Origin: Glaucostegus cemiculus
Taxonomy: Eukaryota
Length of the DNA: 64,000 nucleotides
Reading direction: 5' to 3'
Assembly: GCA_976551045.1 (NCBI GenBank)
Contig: CDPCPM010000017.1
Span: 248,001-312,000 of the forward strand
Part shown: positions 36,823-48,529 of the stretch, in pieces
Numbering within the stretch: position 1 is the first letter of the stretch
Layout of the letters: each line of letters begins with the position of its first letter
The notes under the pieces: model-generated
Database searches by the model: none
What the model was told of the DNA's origin: nothing
What the model saw: the letters and a program-made list of their open reading frames with translations, nothing else
Translations under genes and position numbers: made by a program

Positions 36823-39700
36823 ATGGAGGGTAGAGGTCAGGTAGGACCTACACAATTTAGGAACATTAATACGAATGGAGAGAGGAGAAATGGGTTAAAA
36901 ATCCTATATCTGAATGCACGGAGTGTCAGAAATAAGGTAGGTGAGCTTGAAGCTCAGATACGAATGGGTAAGTATGATGTTGTTGGGATAACGGAGACAT
37001 GGCTGCAGGGAGATCAGACCTGGGAAATGAATTTTCAAGGGTATACGTGCTATCGTAAGGACAGGAAGGTGGGCAGAGGGGGTGGGGCGGCCCTGTTGGT
37101 GAGGAATGAGATTCAGTCCCTTGCAAGGGGGGACATTGAATCAGGAGAAGTAGAGTCAGTGTGGATAGAACTGAGGAACTGTAAGGGCAAAAAGACCCTA
37201 ATGGGTGTTATCTATAGGCCTCCAAACGGTGGCATGGATATTGGGTGCAAGCTGAATAGTGAGTTAATGTTGGCATGTGGCAAGGGTAATGTCACGGTAG
37301 TTATGGGGGATTTCAATATGCAAGTGGACTGGGAGAATCAGGCTGGTGCTGGACCCCAGGAGAGGGAGTTTATAGAGTGCCTCCGGGATGCATTCTTGGA
37401 GCAGCTGGTACGAGAGCCGACCAGGGAGAAGGCCATTCGGGATTTAGTGCTGTGTAATGAGCAGGATTTGATAAGGGATCTCGAAGTAAAGGAGCCATTG
37501 GGAGGTAGTGACCATAATATGATAAGTTTTTATCTGCAAGTGGAGAGGGGAAAGGGCAAATCAGAAGGGACAGTAGTGCAGTTGAACAAAGGAGACTATG
37601 GAGCCATGAGGGAGGAGCTGGCTAAAGTTGACTGGACGGGCATCCTAGCAGAATTGACGGTGGAACAGCAATGGCAGGTATTTTTGGGAATAATGCACAA
37701 GGTGCAGGATCAGTTCATTCCCCAGAGAAGGAAAGACTCAAAAAGGGGAAAGGGGCCACCGTGGCTGACAAGGGAAGTCAGGGATAGCATAGTGTTAAAA
37801 AGGAAGAAGTATGGCAGAGCTAAGCTGAGTGGGAAGACAGAAGATTGGGAAATTTTTAAGGTGCAGCAGAATTTAACTAAAAAGCTAATTCAGGAAGAAA
37901 AAAATGAGGTACGAAGGCAAGCTAGCTAGGAATATCAAAGAGCATAGCAAAAGCTTTTTTAGGTATGTGAAGGGAAGGAAGCTAGTTAGGAACAATGTTG
38001 GGCCCTTGAAGACTGAATCGGGTGAAATTATTACGGGAAACAGGGAGATGGCAGTCAAATTTAATAAGTACTTTGGATCTGTATTCACTGGGGAAGACGT
38101 AAGAAATCTCCCAGACGTACGGATGGACAAAAGGCAGAGGGTGATGGAGGAAATAAAGTGGATTGACATTAGGAAAGAAATGGTGATGGGTAGACTAATG
38201 GGGCTGAAGGCTGACAAATCCCCAGGTCCGGATGGTCTGCATCCCAGGGTGCTGAAGGAGGTGGCTCTAGAAATTGTGGATGCATTGGTGATCATTTTCC
38301 AATGTTCCATAGATTCTGGGTCAGTTCCTGAGGATTGGAGAGTGGCCAATGTTATCCCACTTTTTAAGAAAGGAGGGAGGGAGAAAACGGGGAACTATCG
38401 TCTGGTTAGCCTGACGTCTGTGGTGGGGAAGATGCTAGAGTCCATTATTAAGGATGAAATAGCGGCATATTTGGATAGCAATGATAGGATTGGGTCGAGT
38501 CAGCATGGATTTACCAAGGGCAAATCGTGCTTGACTAATCTACTGGAGTTTTTTGAGGATGTAACCAGGAAAATAGACGAGGGAGATTTGGTGGATGTTG
38601 TGTACCTCGACTTTCAGAAGGCATTTGATAAAGTGCCGCACAGGAGATTGGTGGGTAAAATGAGGGCTCATGGAATTGGGGGGAGGGTATTAACTTGGGT
38701 AGAAAACTGGTTGGCAGATAGGAAACACAGGGTAGGGGTGAATGGATGTTTCTCGGAATGGCAGGCCGTGACTAGTGGGGTGCTGCAGGGCTCAGTGCTG
38801 GGACCGCAGCTGTTTACGATCTATGTTAATGATTTAGAGGAAGGCATTGAGAATAACATTAGCAAGTTCGCTGATGATACAAAGTTGGGTGGCAGGGTGA
38901 CATGTGTAGAGGAAGTTAGGAAGATTCAAGGTGACTTGGATAGGTTGGGTGAGTGGGCAGATACTTGGCAGATGAAGTTTAATGTGGATAAGTGTGAGGT
39001 TATCCACTTTGGGAGCAGGAACAGGAAGGCAGATTATTATCTGAATGGTGTGGAGTTAGGTAAAGGGGAGGTACAAAGGGATCTAGGAGTCCTTGTTCAT
39101 CAGTCGCTGAAAGTGAATGAGCAAGTGCAGCAGGCGGTGATGAAGGCTAATGGAATGTTGGCCTGTATTACGAGGGGAATTGAGTACAAGAGCAAAGAGA
39201 TTCTTTTGCATTTGTACAGGGCCCTGGTGAGACCGCTTCTGGAATATTGTGTACAGTTTTGGTCTCCGGGGTTAAGGAAGGATGCCCTGGCTATAGAGGG
39301 CGTGCAGTGTAGGTTTACGAGGTTAATTCCAGGGATGTCAGGACTGTCAGAGAAGTTGGATAGACTGGGATTGTACACGCTGGAATTGAGAAGATTGAGA
39401 GGGGATTTGATTGAAACATATAAGATTGTTAAGGGATTGGACAAGATAGAGACAGGAAATATGTTCCAGATGTTGGGGAAGTCCAGGACCAGAGGGCATG
39501 ATTTAAGAATAAGGGGTAGGCCATGTAGGACAGAGATGAGGAAAAACTTCTTCTCCCAGAGGGTTGTGAGTTTGTGGAACGCACTGCCTCAGAGGGCAGT
39601 GGAGGCCAATTCTCTGGGCACTTTCAAGAGGGAGCTAGATAGGTTTCTTATAGATAGGGGAATCAAGGGATATGGGGACAAGGCAGGAACGGGATATTGA
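36823..39700 (+). pseudogene. CR1 ORF2 (APE endonuclease plus reverse transcriptase) with one +1 frameshift
   Basis: APE motifs YLNARS, GITETWL, YRPPN, MGDFN, SDH; RT motifs KSPGPDG, QHGF, LDFQKAFD, QGSVLGP, KFADDTK. The two ORFs join if the A7 run at 37898-37904 is A6. Confidence 0.93.
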
Positions 39701-40008
39701 GTGTTGAGGATCAGCCATGATCTCAAAATGGCGGAGCAGACTCAAAGGGCCGAATGGTCTACTTCTGCTCATATAGTCTATTGTCTATCATTTAGGTTTA
39801 GAGGGAAGTCCCTTACCTGGACAGACTGTGGACTTGTGCCTTGCACTACCAACCTGTGTTTACAACAGGCCAGTAATTGAATTACTGCCAGCTGTGCAGA
39901 TGTCCTGACTTGGGAACTGTAGTAAATGAAACCAGATTTTCTTATTCAGTGGGAAGATACCTTTGCTTGAGTTTGGGAGATTACAAAAATCTTACTGTAA
40001 CACCTAAC

Positions 40009-41330
40009 AGAATCAGGTTTATTATCACTGACATATGACATGATATTTGTTGTTTTGCGGCAGCAGTACAGTACAAGACATAAAAATTACTACGTTACAG
40101 AAAGAAATAAATAGTGCAAAAGAGAGATAATGAGGTAGTGTTCATGGACTATTCAGAAGCCTGATGGCAGAGGGGAAGAAGCTGTTCCTGAAACATTGAG
40201 TGTGGATCTTCAGGCTCCTGTACCTCCTCCCTGATGGTTTTAACATAAAGAGGGCATGTCCCGGGCGGTGAAGGTCCTTAATGATGGATGCTGTCTTCTT
40301 GAGGCACCGCCTCTTGAAGATGTCCTCGATGGTGGGGAGGGTTGTGCCCATTATGGAGCTGGCTGAGTCAACAATCCTCTGCAGCCTCTTTCAATCCTGC
40401 GCATCGGAGCCTCTATACCAGGTGGTGATGCAACCAGTCAGAATGCTCTCCACCGTACGTCTGTAGAAATTTGTAAGAGTCTTTGGTGACATATGAAATC
40501 TCCTCAAACTCCTAATGAAGTAAAGCTGCTGACATGCCTTCTTTGTCATTGCATCAATGTGTTGGGCCCAGGTTAGATCCTCTGAGATGTTGACGCCCAG
40601 GAGCTTGAAGCTGCTCACCCTTTCCACCGTTGACCTCTCAATGAGGACTGGTGTGTGTTCTCCCAACTTCCCCTTCCTGAAATCCACAATCAGTTCCTTG
40701 GTCTTGCTGTTGCGACACCACTAAACCAGCCAATCTATCTCACTCCTGTATGCCTCCTCACTGCCATCTGAGATTCTGCCAACAGCAGTGGTGCCATCGG
40801 TGAATCTATAGATGGTGTTTGAGCTGTGCCTAGCCACACAGTCATGAGTGTCGAAAGAGTAGAGCAAGGGGCTGAGCACGCATCCTTGAGGTGCGCCTGT
40901 GTTGACTGTCAACGAGGACGAGGTTACTACTGATCTGCACTGACTGTGGTCTCCTTATAAGGAAGTTGAGAATCCAGTTGCAGAGGGAGGTATAGAGGCC
41001 CAAATTTTGAAGCTTGTTGATTAGTACTGAGGGGATAATGGTGTTGAACGCCGAGCTGTAATCAATAAACAGCAGCCTGATGTATGTATCGCTGTTGTCT
41101 AGGTGCTCCAAAGCCAAGTGGAGAGCCAGTGAGATTGCGTCCGCTGTAGACTCGTTGTGGCAGTAGGCAAATTGCAGTGGGTCCTTGCTTAAAGGCAGGA
41201 GTTAATTCCAGCCATGACCAAGCTCTCAAAGCACTTCATCACAGAAGGTGTGAGTGCTACCGGGCGATAGTCGTTGTTGCAGCTCAGCCTGCTCTTCTTC
41301 GGCACCGGTACGAATGATGCTCTTTTGAAG
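40009..41330 (-). mobile_element. Rex1/Babar LINE 3' part
   Basis: [58 protein letters not shown]...RNSFFPSAIRLLN; tail aataaacctgattctg. Confidence 0.92.
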
Positions 41331-41334
41331 CAAT

Positions 41335-43640
41335 CTACAAATGTTGGAAATCTAAAATAAAATCAGAAAAAGCTAAAAACACTTAGTAGATCAGGCAGCA
41401 ACTGTGGAGAGAGAAACAGAGTTGTCATTTCCAGTTGAAAACCTTTCATCAGTGGAAAAATGGGAAACCGAGTCAGTTCCAAATTGCAGAGAGAGTGGGG
41501 GAGCAGTGGATGGGACAAAGGGAACATCTTGGGTAGGATGAGGCCAGGGTTGCCATGGTGATTTGCTGTTTATGAAATTGCCTGCTGATAGGTTAATGAG
41601 GTTGGGGGGANNNNNNNNNNNNNNNNNNNNNNNNNNNNNNNNNNNNNNNNNNNNNNNNNNNNNNNNNNNNNNNNNNNNNNNNNNNNNNNNNNNNNNNNNN
41701 NNNNNNNNNNNNNNNNNNNNNNNNNNNNNNNNNNNNNNNNNNNNNNNNNNNNNNNNNNNNNNNNNNNNNNNNNNNNNNNNNNNNNNNNNNNNNNNNNNNN
41801 NNNNNNNNNNNNNNNNNNNNNNNNNNNNNNNNNNNNNNNNNNNNNNNNNNNNNNNNNNNNNNNNNNNNNNNNNNNNNNNNNNNNNNNNNNNNNNNNNNNN
41901 NNNNNNNNNNNNNNNNNNNNNNNNNNNNNNNNNNNNNNNNNNNNNNNNNNNNNNNNNNNNNNNNNNNNNNNNNNNNNNNNNNNNNNNNNNNNNNNNNNNN
42001 NNNNNNNNNNNNNNNNNNNNNNNNNNNNNNNNNNNNNNNNNNNNNNNNNNNNNNNNNNNNNNNNNNNNNNNNNNNNNNNNNNNNNNNNNNNNNNCATAGA
42101 CACTGTGAAATAGAGGCTGAGATATTGCTGAGACCAAAAGGAGAATGCCCAGCAGGTCAGGCAGTGATGATGGAGAGAGAAAAACTGTTATTATTACAAA
42201 TGGAAAACCTTACAGAAGAACTGACCAGTTCAGATACAGAGAAAACAAGGTGCCTGAAATTGTTGAATTTATCATCGAGTTCCAAAGGCTGCAATGTTCC
42301 CTGCCTCCTGTAAAGTCTCTATTCTAGTCTCCCAGCTACTCTAACTCTGTATTACTTACTCTGATGAGGTTTTCCATTCAGGTGTCTGTGAGATGTCTCC
42401 CTTCTTGCTGATCCATGGCTTCCCCTCTACCATAGTAGGCAGAGCAATCAACTGTATCTTACTTACTTCCTGTACATCTCCTCTCTTTCCCGATAAAGCA
42501 AGGATAAACTCTGGTCCTCATTTTCCACCTCACCAGACTTTGCATGCACAGGCCATCCTTTGCGATTTCAACCACCTTCAACGAGATTCCACAGCTAGTC
42601 TCCCTCCCCTCCACTTTCAGTATTCCAAACGATGCACAACTTCCTGGATCCCACCAACTATCGCCTGTTGCTTTCCAATGAAACTGCAGGAAATGCAATG
42701 CCTGTCCTTTTGCCTTTTCCCATCCAAGGAGTCAAACAGTCCTTCACAGTGAAGCAGCAACTCCCTTGCAGATCTTCCAGCCCAGTGTACCACATTTGGC
42801 GTGCACCACATGGTCTCCCCTACACTTGAGAAAGCAAACACAGATTGGGTGACAGCTTTGTGGACTTCAGTCCTTTGGAGTGACCTTGAGATCCAGATGT
42901 CTGTTACTTTAATTCTCCATCCCACTCCAAGTCTGACCTATCCTGGTTTCCTGCACTGTTACGATGACGCAAATTTGAGCAACAACATGTCATCCACTAT
43001 CTCGGCAGATTGCAGTTTTGTATTCAACAACTTTCAGTGACCTGAATGAAAAACGCAATGATGCTGGAGGAACTCAGCAGGCCAGGCAGGACCTTCTTCA
43101 GGTTCTGACCCGAAACAATGAACGCCTGCTTTTCTCCACAGACGCTGCCTGACCTGCTGAGTTCCTCCAGCATCGTCATGTTTTTCATCTAGATTCCAGC
43201 ATCTGCAGTCCTTTGTTTCTCTAATTTTCAGCGATCTGCTTTCTCTGCTTGAATCAGAACTGACTGGTTTTGCTGTAAGGTTTTCCATCTGTAAATATTA
43301 GCTTTTCTCTCTCGCCAGACACCGCCTGACCTGCTGGGCATTTCCACCATTCTCTTTTTTGGTTTCAGGTTTCAGCAGCAGCTCTCCCCTGCATTTGACA
43401 CGTCCCTCGGTTTACTTTCGCTCTCCCTCTAACTACCCCAATTAGTTATCAACCAAGCAGCTTCATAAACAGCATATCACCATGGCAACCCTGGTCTCAC
43501 CCCATCAGAAATATTCCCTCCACCCTGTCCATCCCTCCACCACTCGCTCTCTGCAACTTCAAATTCATCTTCTCACTTCAAACTGGAAGATTTATCTCCC
43601 TACAGATGTGGGCTGACCTGTTAAGTATTTTCAGTTATTA
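41335..43640. mobile_element. About 2.3 kb Penelope fold-back (minus-strand left arm; plus-strand ORF remnant and right arm) with nested hairpin unit 43047-43222
   Basis: 41520-41600 is inverted to 43435-43510 and 42125-42270 is inverted to 43222-43370; GIY-YIG remnant at 42720-43030 (QGVKQSFTVKQQLPCRSSSPVYHIW). Confidence 0.8.
41611..42094. other. Assembly gap (484 N)
   Basis: Run of N. Confidence 0.97.
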
Positions 43641-46132
43641 TAACAGAAGCTTCTGCTTTGACTTAACACGAAGTTTCACACTCTCCCCTCCCTTCTGGCC
43701 TTAGTAAACCGAAGTTCAGCTCTCTTCCCTGTTTTTAACCATGTCAACAATTTAATAAAATTTGTAATGTTATAAATTCATAACTTTAATTTGCATTCTA
43801 AAATTTTTAAACAGTTTTAGTCACTACAATGGGGCAGTCTTTATATTATTAATATTTCAAGTACAAAGTCAGTTCAAGGGAGTTGAACATTCACAGTAAC
43901 ATTTATATGAGCTCTTGTTTTCTGTTATAGAGTCATAGAGTAATACAGCACAGAAATAGGCCCTTTGGCCCAATTGTTGTTCAAACAAGCTAGCCTCTCA
44001 CTGTGTGAGAACTAATAACTCCTCATGTCAGTGTTAGGATACAAGGAGACTCTGTTTTACCACAGCGTTTTCAATCTGGAGATGTGCAGACCAGAGCTGC
44101 AGCATTCATGAATCACAGGTGATTAGGCACATCTGTATGTCTCTCTCTCTCTGTTCTGATTCTCTCTGCTCTGTTTCTTAGCTCTGTTATACTGTTCTCA
44201 CAACTTCAGCACTCAAAGCACCCTGAGAAAGCACACTTTGGGTCAATTTCTGGAACTGTGGGTCACAAACTCATTCTTCTTGTACAGCTGCCCATACAAC
44301 CTGTTAATTTAGATGCAGTTAGTCTTGTTACAATACTTAATTATACTGTTTCGTTAACAGTAGGGAAATCTTGCAACATTTAATCTAATCTTTATTGTTG
44401 TTTGCTCTATAAACCCAAACCTTAGACAGAAGGATGGTAAAGATAAGCAGATTATGCCCCTTATTCCAAGCAATTATGGGATATATTTATTTTTCTCTTG
44501 AAGGAAAATAACATTTACTTACTTTGCATCGTCTCTGAATGCAACACCTCATAAATATCATTTCACTGGAGATGTGTAAAATCTATTTCTGCAGATCAGC
44601 CCACTTTTCCTTTGTAAAAGCATTCACCAGTGTCGTGGTCTTGCAGAAGGAATGAAGGAACACAAGAAAACGGGAGCAGGAGTTGGACACTTGGCCCCTC
44701 ACACCTACCCCACCATTCAATATGGCAGTTCTACACCAGGCCTCAACTTCTATACCATTTGCCATGTTTAAAAAATGTTTCCTTATCTTGCTTCTGATTC
44801 TTTTGCCAATAATCTTAAACCTGTTTCCTTGTGCCACCAACCTGATTCCCAGTTAAAATGGTTTCTGGCCACCACTCCATTAACACGGTTGTGAGAATGT
44901 CTGTTTATCCTCTGGGTCTCCCAACCTCTCCAAGTGACTGGGAAAATTCCAGCTGATCTTCAGAGATTTGGTGCCACGAACTGTACACGATACTCCAACC
45001 AGTGCTTTGGAAGTGTTTGATATTGCCATACGTTACTCTTTACAGGGAAAGAAGCAGGTAGAATCCTGGGAAGGTATTCTGCACTAGGCTGGATAAAATC
45101 TTGCCAGCTATGGCTGACCATCCAACCAGGGTTTAGCTATTGAAACTTGGGAGTCCAGGGCTTCCTGACAAGGCAAACATGTCCAAAATGATGTCCAGTA
45201 TTGCCAAAATTTCCCTGTATTGCACATGGAATTGCCCACCACGACCTTGCTGTCCATTCACCCTGCTGTACAGCATGAGACTCCACTGAGTTCCATGGGT
45301 ATCATGGGCAGGGGTGTACAAGTTGCGATGGTGTACCAGTAAGTAAATGGCAAACACACCCAATACAAAATGATGTAAAACAACACTGTTGGTGATATGA
45401 CTGTACTGGTAAGAAATTTAAGGTAGTTTATTCCCTGATTGTGGGGCAAAGACTCAGGAAACAAAAGGAGACGGTAAGATACTTTTTTTTAAAATTATAT
45501 TTCTTTACTTTAATATTTTTAATTGAACAAATGTGTCTCAAGAGCCAGATTGTGCTGGACATTTGCCAATCCACTCTCAGCTTCCTCATGGCCTCTGTGC
45601 TGTGGCTGTTCAGGGAGGTTGGGTAGGCTGCAAGCAGCGACTAGCCCTCGGCACTGGAAACTGAGGCCCCGCCCACAGACCACCCCGACAGAACGTCTGA
45701 CAGCTTGTGCATCGAAAACTTTCCCTCTGGTTCCAACTTCAATGATCAGAAACATTTTGAAACAAAGTGGGATTTAAAAAAATTTACAACATAAAAATAT
45801 TGACAAGAAATAAAACTACTGAAAAGCACATAAGTTAAAATTAATATTAATTAAAAGAGTAACAACTTTCACTTGATTTCACTTATCACTGCAGTGAGGG
45901 TTGGCAACATCAGTCTAATGAAGGGGTCTGTGCTGGATGTGTCATTCGAGGCTGATGTAAAGCTGAAGACCTCGATGCAGAGTGTATCCAATCACTTGGG
46001 CCAGTAAGTTACGGAACCACAGCTGGATTCAGTGCCGAATCCTCAGCAAAGCAGGAGGCCAGGTGTGCAGGAGTGGAAATTCAGAACACACTGACTCAGC
46101 CTTCTCCGCTAGTCTGTGCTCCTCCAGGGCAA

Positions 46133-46470
46133 CAAACAATCTGCTGGAGGAACTCATCTGTGGGAGGAAAGGAACCGTCAATGTTGCAGGTCAAAACCCT
46201 GCATTACAACTCTGAGGAAGGACATGTGGTTATAGCAGCAAGTCTTGGTAAGAATGTGGTCTAAGAGCCAGAGAGCAATTGAAACCACATAGGGGGTGGG
46301 AATCGGTGAGAGATGATCTCTCAGAACCCCTGGGAGTCCTAATGCAGGGTTTCCATCTGAAACGTCAACAATTCCTTTCCCCCCCAACAGATGCTGCTCA
46401 ACCCGCTGAGTTCCTCCAGCAGATTGTTTGATGATCCGGACTGTAGCATCTCCAAACTTCCATGTCTCCC
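46133..46470. mobile_element. Fold-back Penelope-derived unit with a spacer
   Basis: caaacaatctgctggaggaactca / tgagttcctccagcagattgtttg; degenerate hammerhead with intact GAAACGTC near 46335-46372. Confidence 0.8.
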
Positions 46471-46538
46471 TGGCCCAATGAGTATTTAGTTTCATCCACA
46501 ACCTCACCACCACACCCCCACCTCGCCCCATACGTACA

Positions 46539-46853
46539 GGCACAGTAGTGTAGCGGTTAGCATGACACTATTACAGCGCTAGTGACCTGGATTCAATTCT
46601 GGCTGCTATATGTAAGGAGTTTGTACATTCTCCCCGTGCCTGTGCTGGTTTCCTCCGGGTGCTTTGGTTTCCTCCCACATTTCAAAGGCGTATGGGTTAG
46701 GAAGTTGTGGGCATGCTATATTGGCGCCGGAAGCGTGGTGACACTTGCAGGCTGCCCCCCAGAACACTCTACAGAAAAGATGCATTTCACCGTGTGTTTC
46801 AATGTACATGTGACTAATAAAGAATTGATTAAGATACCTCACCTTATCTTATC
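46539..46853 (+). mobile_element. V-SINE, young family, full length
   Basis: ggcacagtagtgtagcggttagc head, V-domain, tail ...gactaataaaga...cttatcttatc. Confidence 0.9.
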
Positions 46854-48529
46854 TTTTAATTTTCTTCCATTAACTTCAATTACAATAGCTTTCAGATAGA
46901 TGTCAGAGATATCAAAAGTGATGACAGCTTTCACAGCTGACAAAGCCTCACCTCCACCTTTGCCACCTGTCATACAAAGTCTGTCTGGGGAGTGTACCCA
47001 AACCCACAGCTTTGTCACAGCAGAGGGCATCTGTCTGGAACCCAGGGTGTAGAGGACCAACAAGGTACTGTAAGTGGCGATTCCAACCAGATCTGGCCTA
47101 GCAGCTCATTCTTTGTGACCAGATGAGGAACATTGGAAAGTATTTGCGCTTTTCTTTCCAGTGGTGAATTTTAAATCTGAGTACACTTTAATGATCTTTC
47201 TGAAAGACCAGCTTTGACCTAAATGATGAACTTAGTTGGAAGACAAAAACTGCTGCACAAGCTGTTGCTGGATTTCCTGGGGATCAGCAGTTTTGGAAGA
47301 GCTGGGTCCAAAGGTGGAATTTTCATCAATAAGGTGGTGACAATGTTCAATATATATTGAGGATGTAGTGACGCCCCAGAAAGGCTTATGTTTTAGTTAC
47401 TAATTTTAATCTTCACATTAACGAGCAAAGTGAAAATCACTGGTCAAACAATGAATGAACAACAAAAATGACATTAATTACTTCTGTTCCTTCGGCCAAT
47501 AGCACATTGGTTATTGACCAGTTAGACAAATCAAATAATGTAATTTATATCAAACAAAATCACAAAATGGTTGAGGATTCACCAGAAACCTTAATGTTTT
47601 TTTTTTCTCTTTCTATCCTCCAGGAGTTTATAGGATTGTTTTTTTTTTGATAAACAATAACTGATTTAGAGATTCCTTGGGACAACATGACATTGAAGTG
47701 ATTTGTTAACACTAATTAAAGACTGATAGAGGTAAGATAATTTCATTTCTTTGTACAAACTTGGTCATGATATTAAATCTGCATTCTGTTATTGGTTAAC
47801 AGGATAATGTCTCTTGATAGCTCAGCTTGTTAAAGACTCCAGTAATTTCACCATTTGAATATGAATTCTGTTTTGCTGAATGATGTATTTAACTATAATG
47901 ATGCTTGGACAGTAAAATACTCATCAGGGCTTCAGAATTAGAGGAAAAACAGCTGAATTTGCAACTCCTTCTGGACACAAACTGACATCCTCCCACTGCC
48001 ACTTACTAGAAATTCACCTGCCTTGTTTAGTAATCTAGTGATTTTAGTCAGAAATCCCAAGGTTACCCATTCACAAACTCCTGAAGGCAGCTCATAAAAC
48101 TGAGATCAACAAACCTCAGTCAGCATTGAGGAAATTAATTAGCCAAACAGCAGGAACTTCATAAAAATCCCACCCGATCAGTAATGTGCTTCAGCTAAAG
48201 GAATCTGTCACTCTCCTAGGTCTTGGCAATAATGATTCAAAGCCCAGAAGTCATCTTGACTCTGCATCCCTTCAGGATGTCACTGTATGAAACAGCAGAT
48301 AAAAGATTGTGAGCACTGACTACCAGCCTGGCAGCCCAACGATCTTACCTTATTCATGTGGAATAAGCATGGAGGATGACCCAAAAGGGTATCCCTATGG
48401 AGACCAAATGCAGAGGAGGCAGGTTCTTGACGAAGTTTATTTTCAAGTCTTTGTATTAACATCTATCAAGTGATTTATTGATAAGCAGCAGCCAATTAAA
48501 TTGTCACATGAAACAAGGGTTGAAAAATA

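Larger units (their letters stand above)
35953..39788 (+). mobile_element. Young CR1 LINE, 5'-truncated within ORF1
   Basis: ORF1 and ORF2 as listed below, CR1 3' UTR and (tctattg)-type tail; very similar to the copy at 53794-54720. Confidence 0.95.

Noticed and set aside
41391-42137. ORFs crossing the N run
   Set aside because: Artefacts of translating N.
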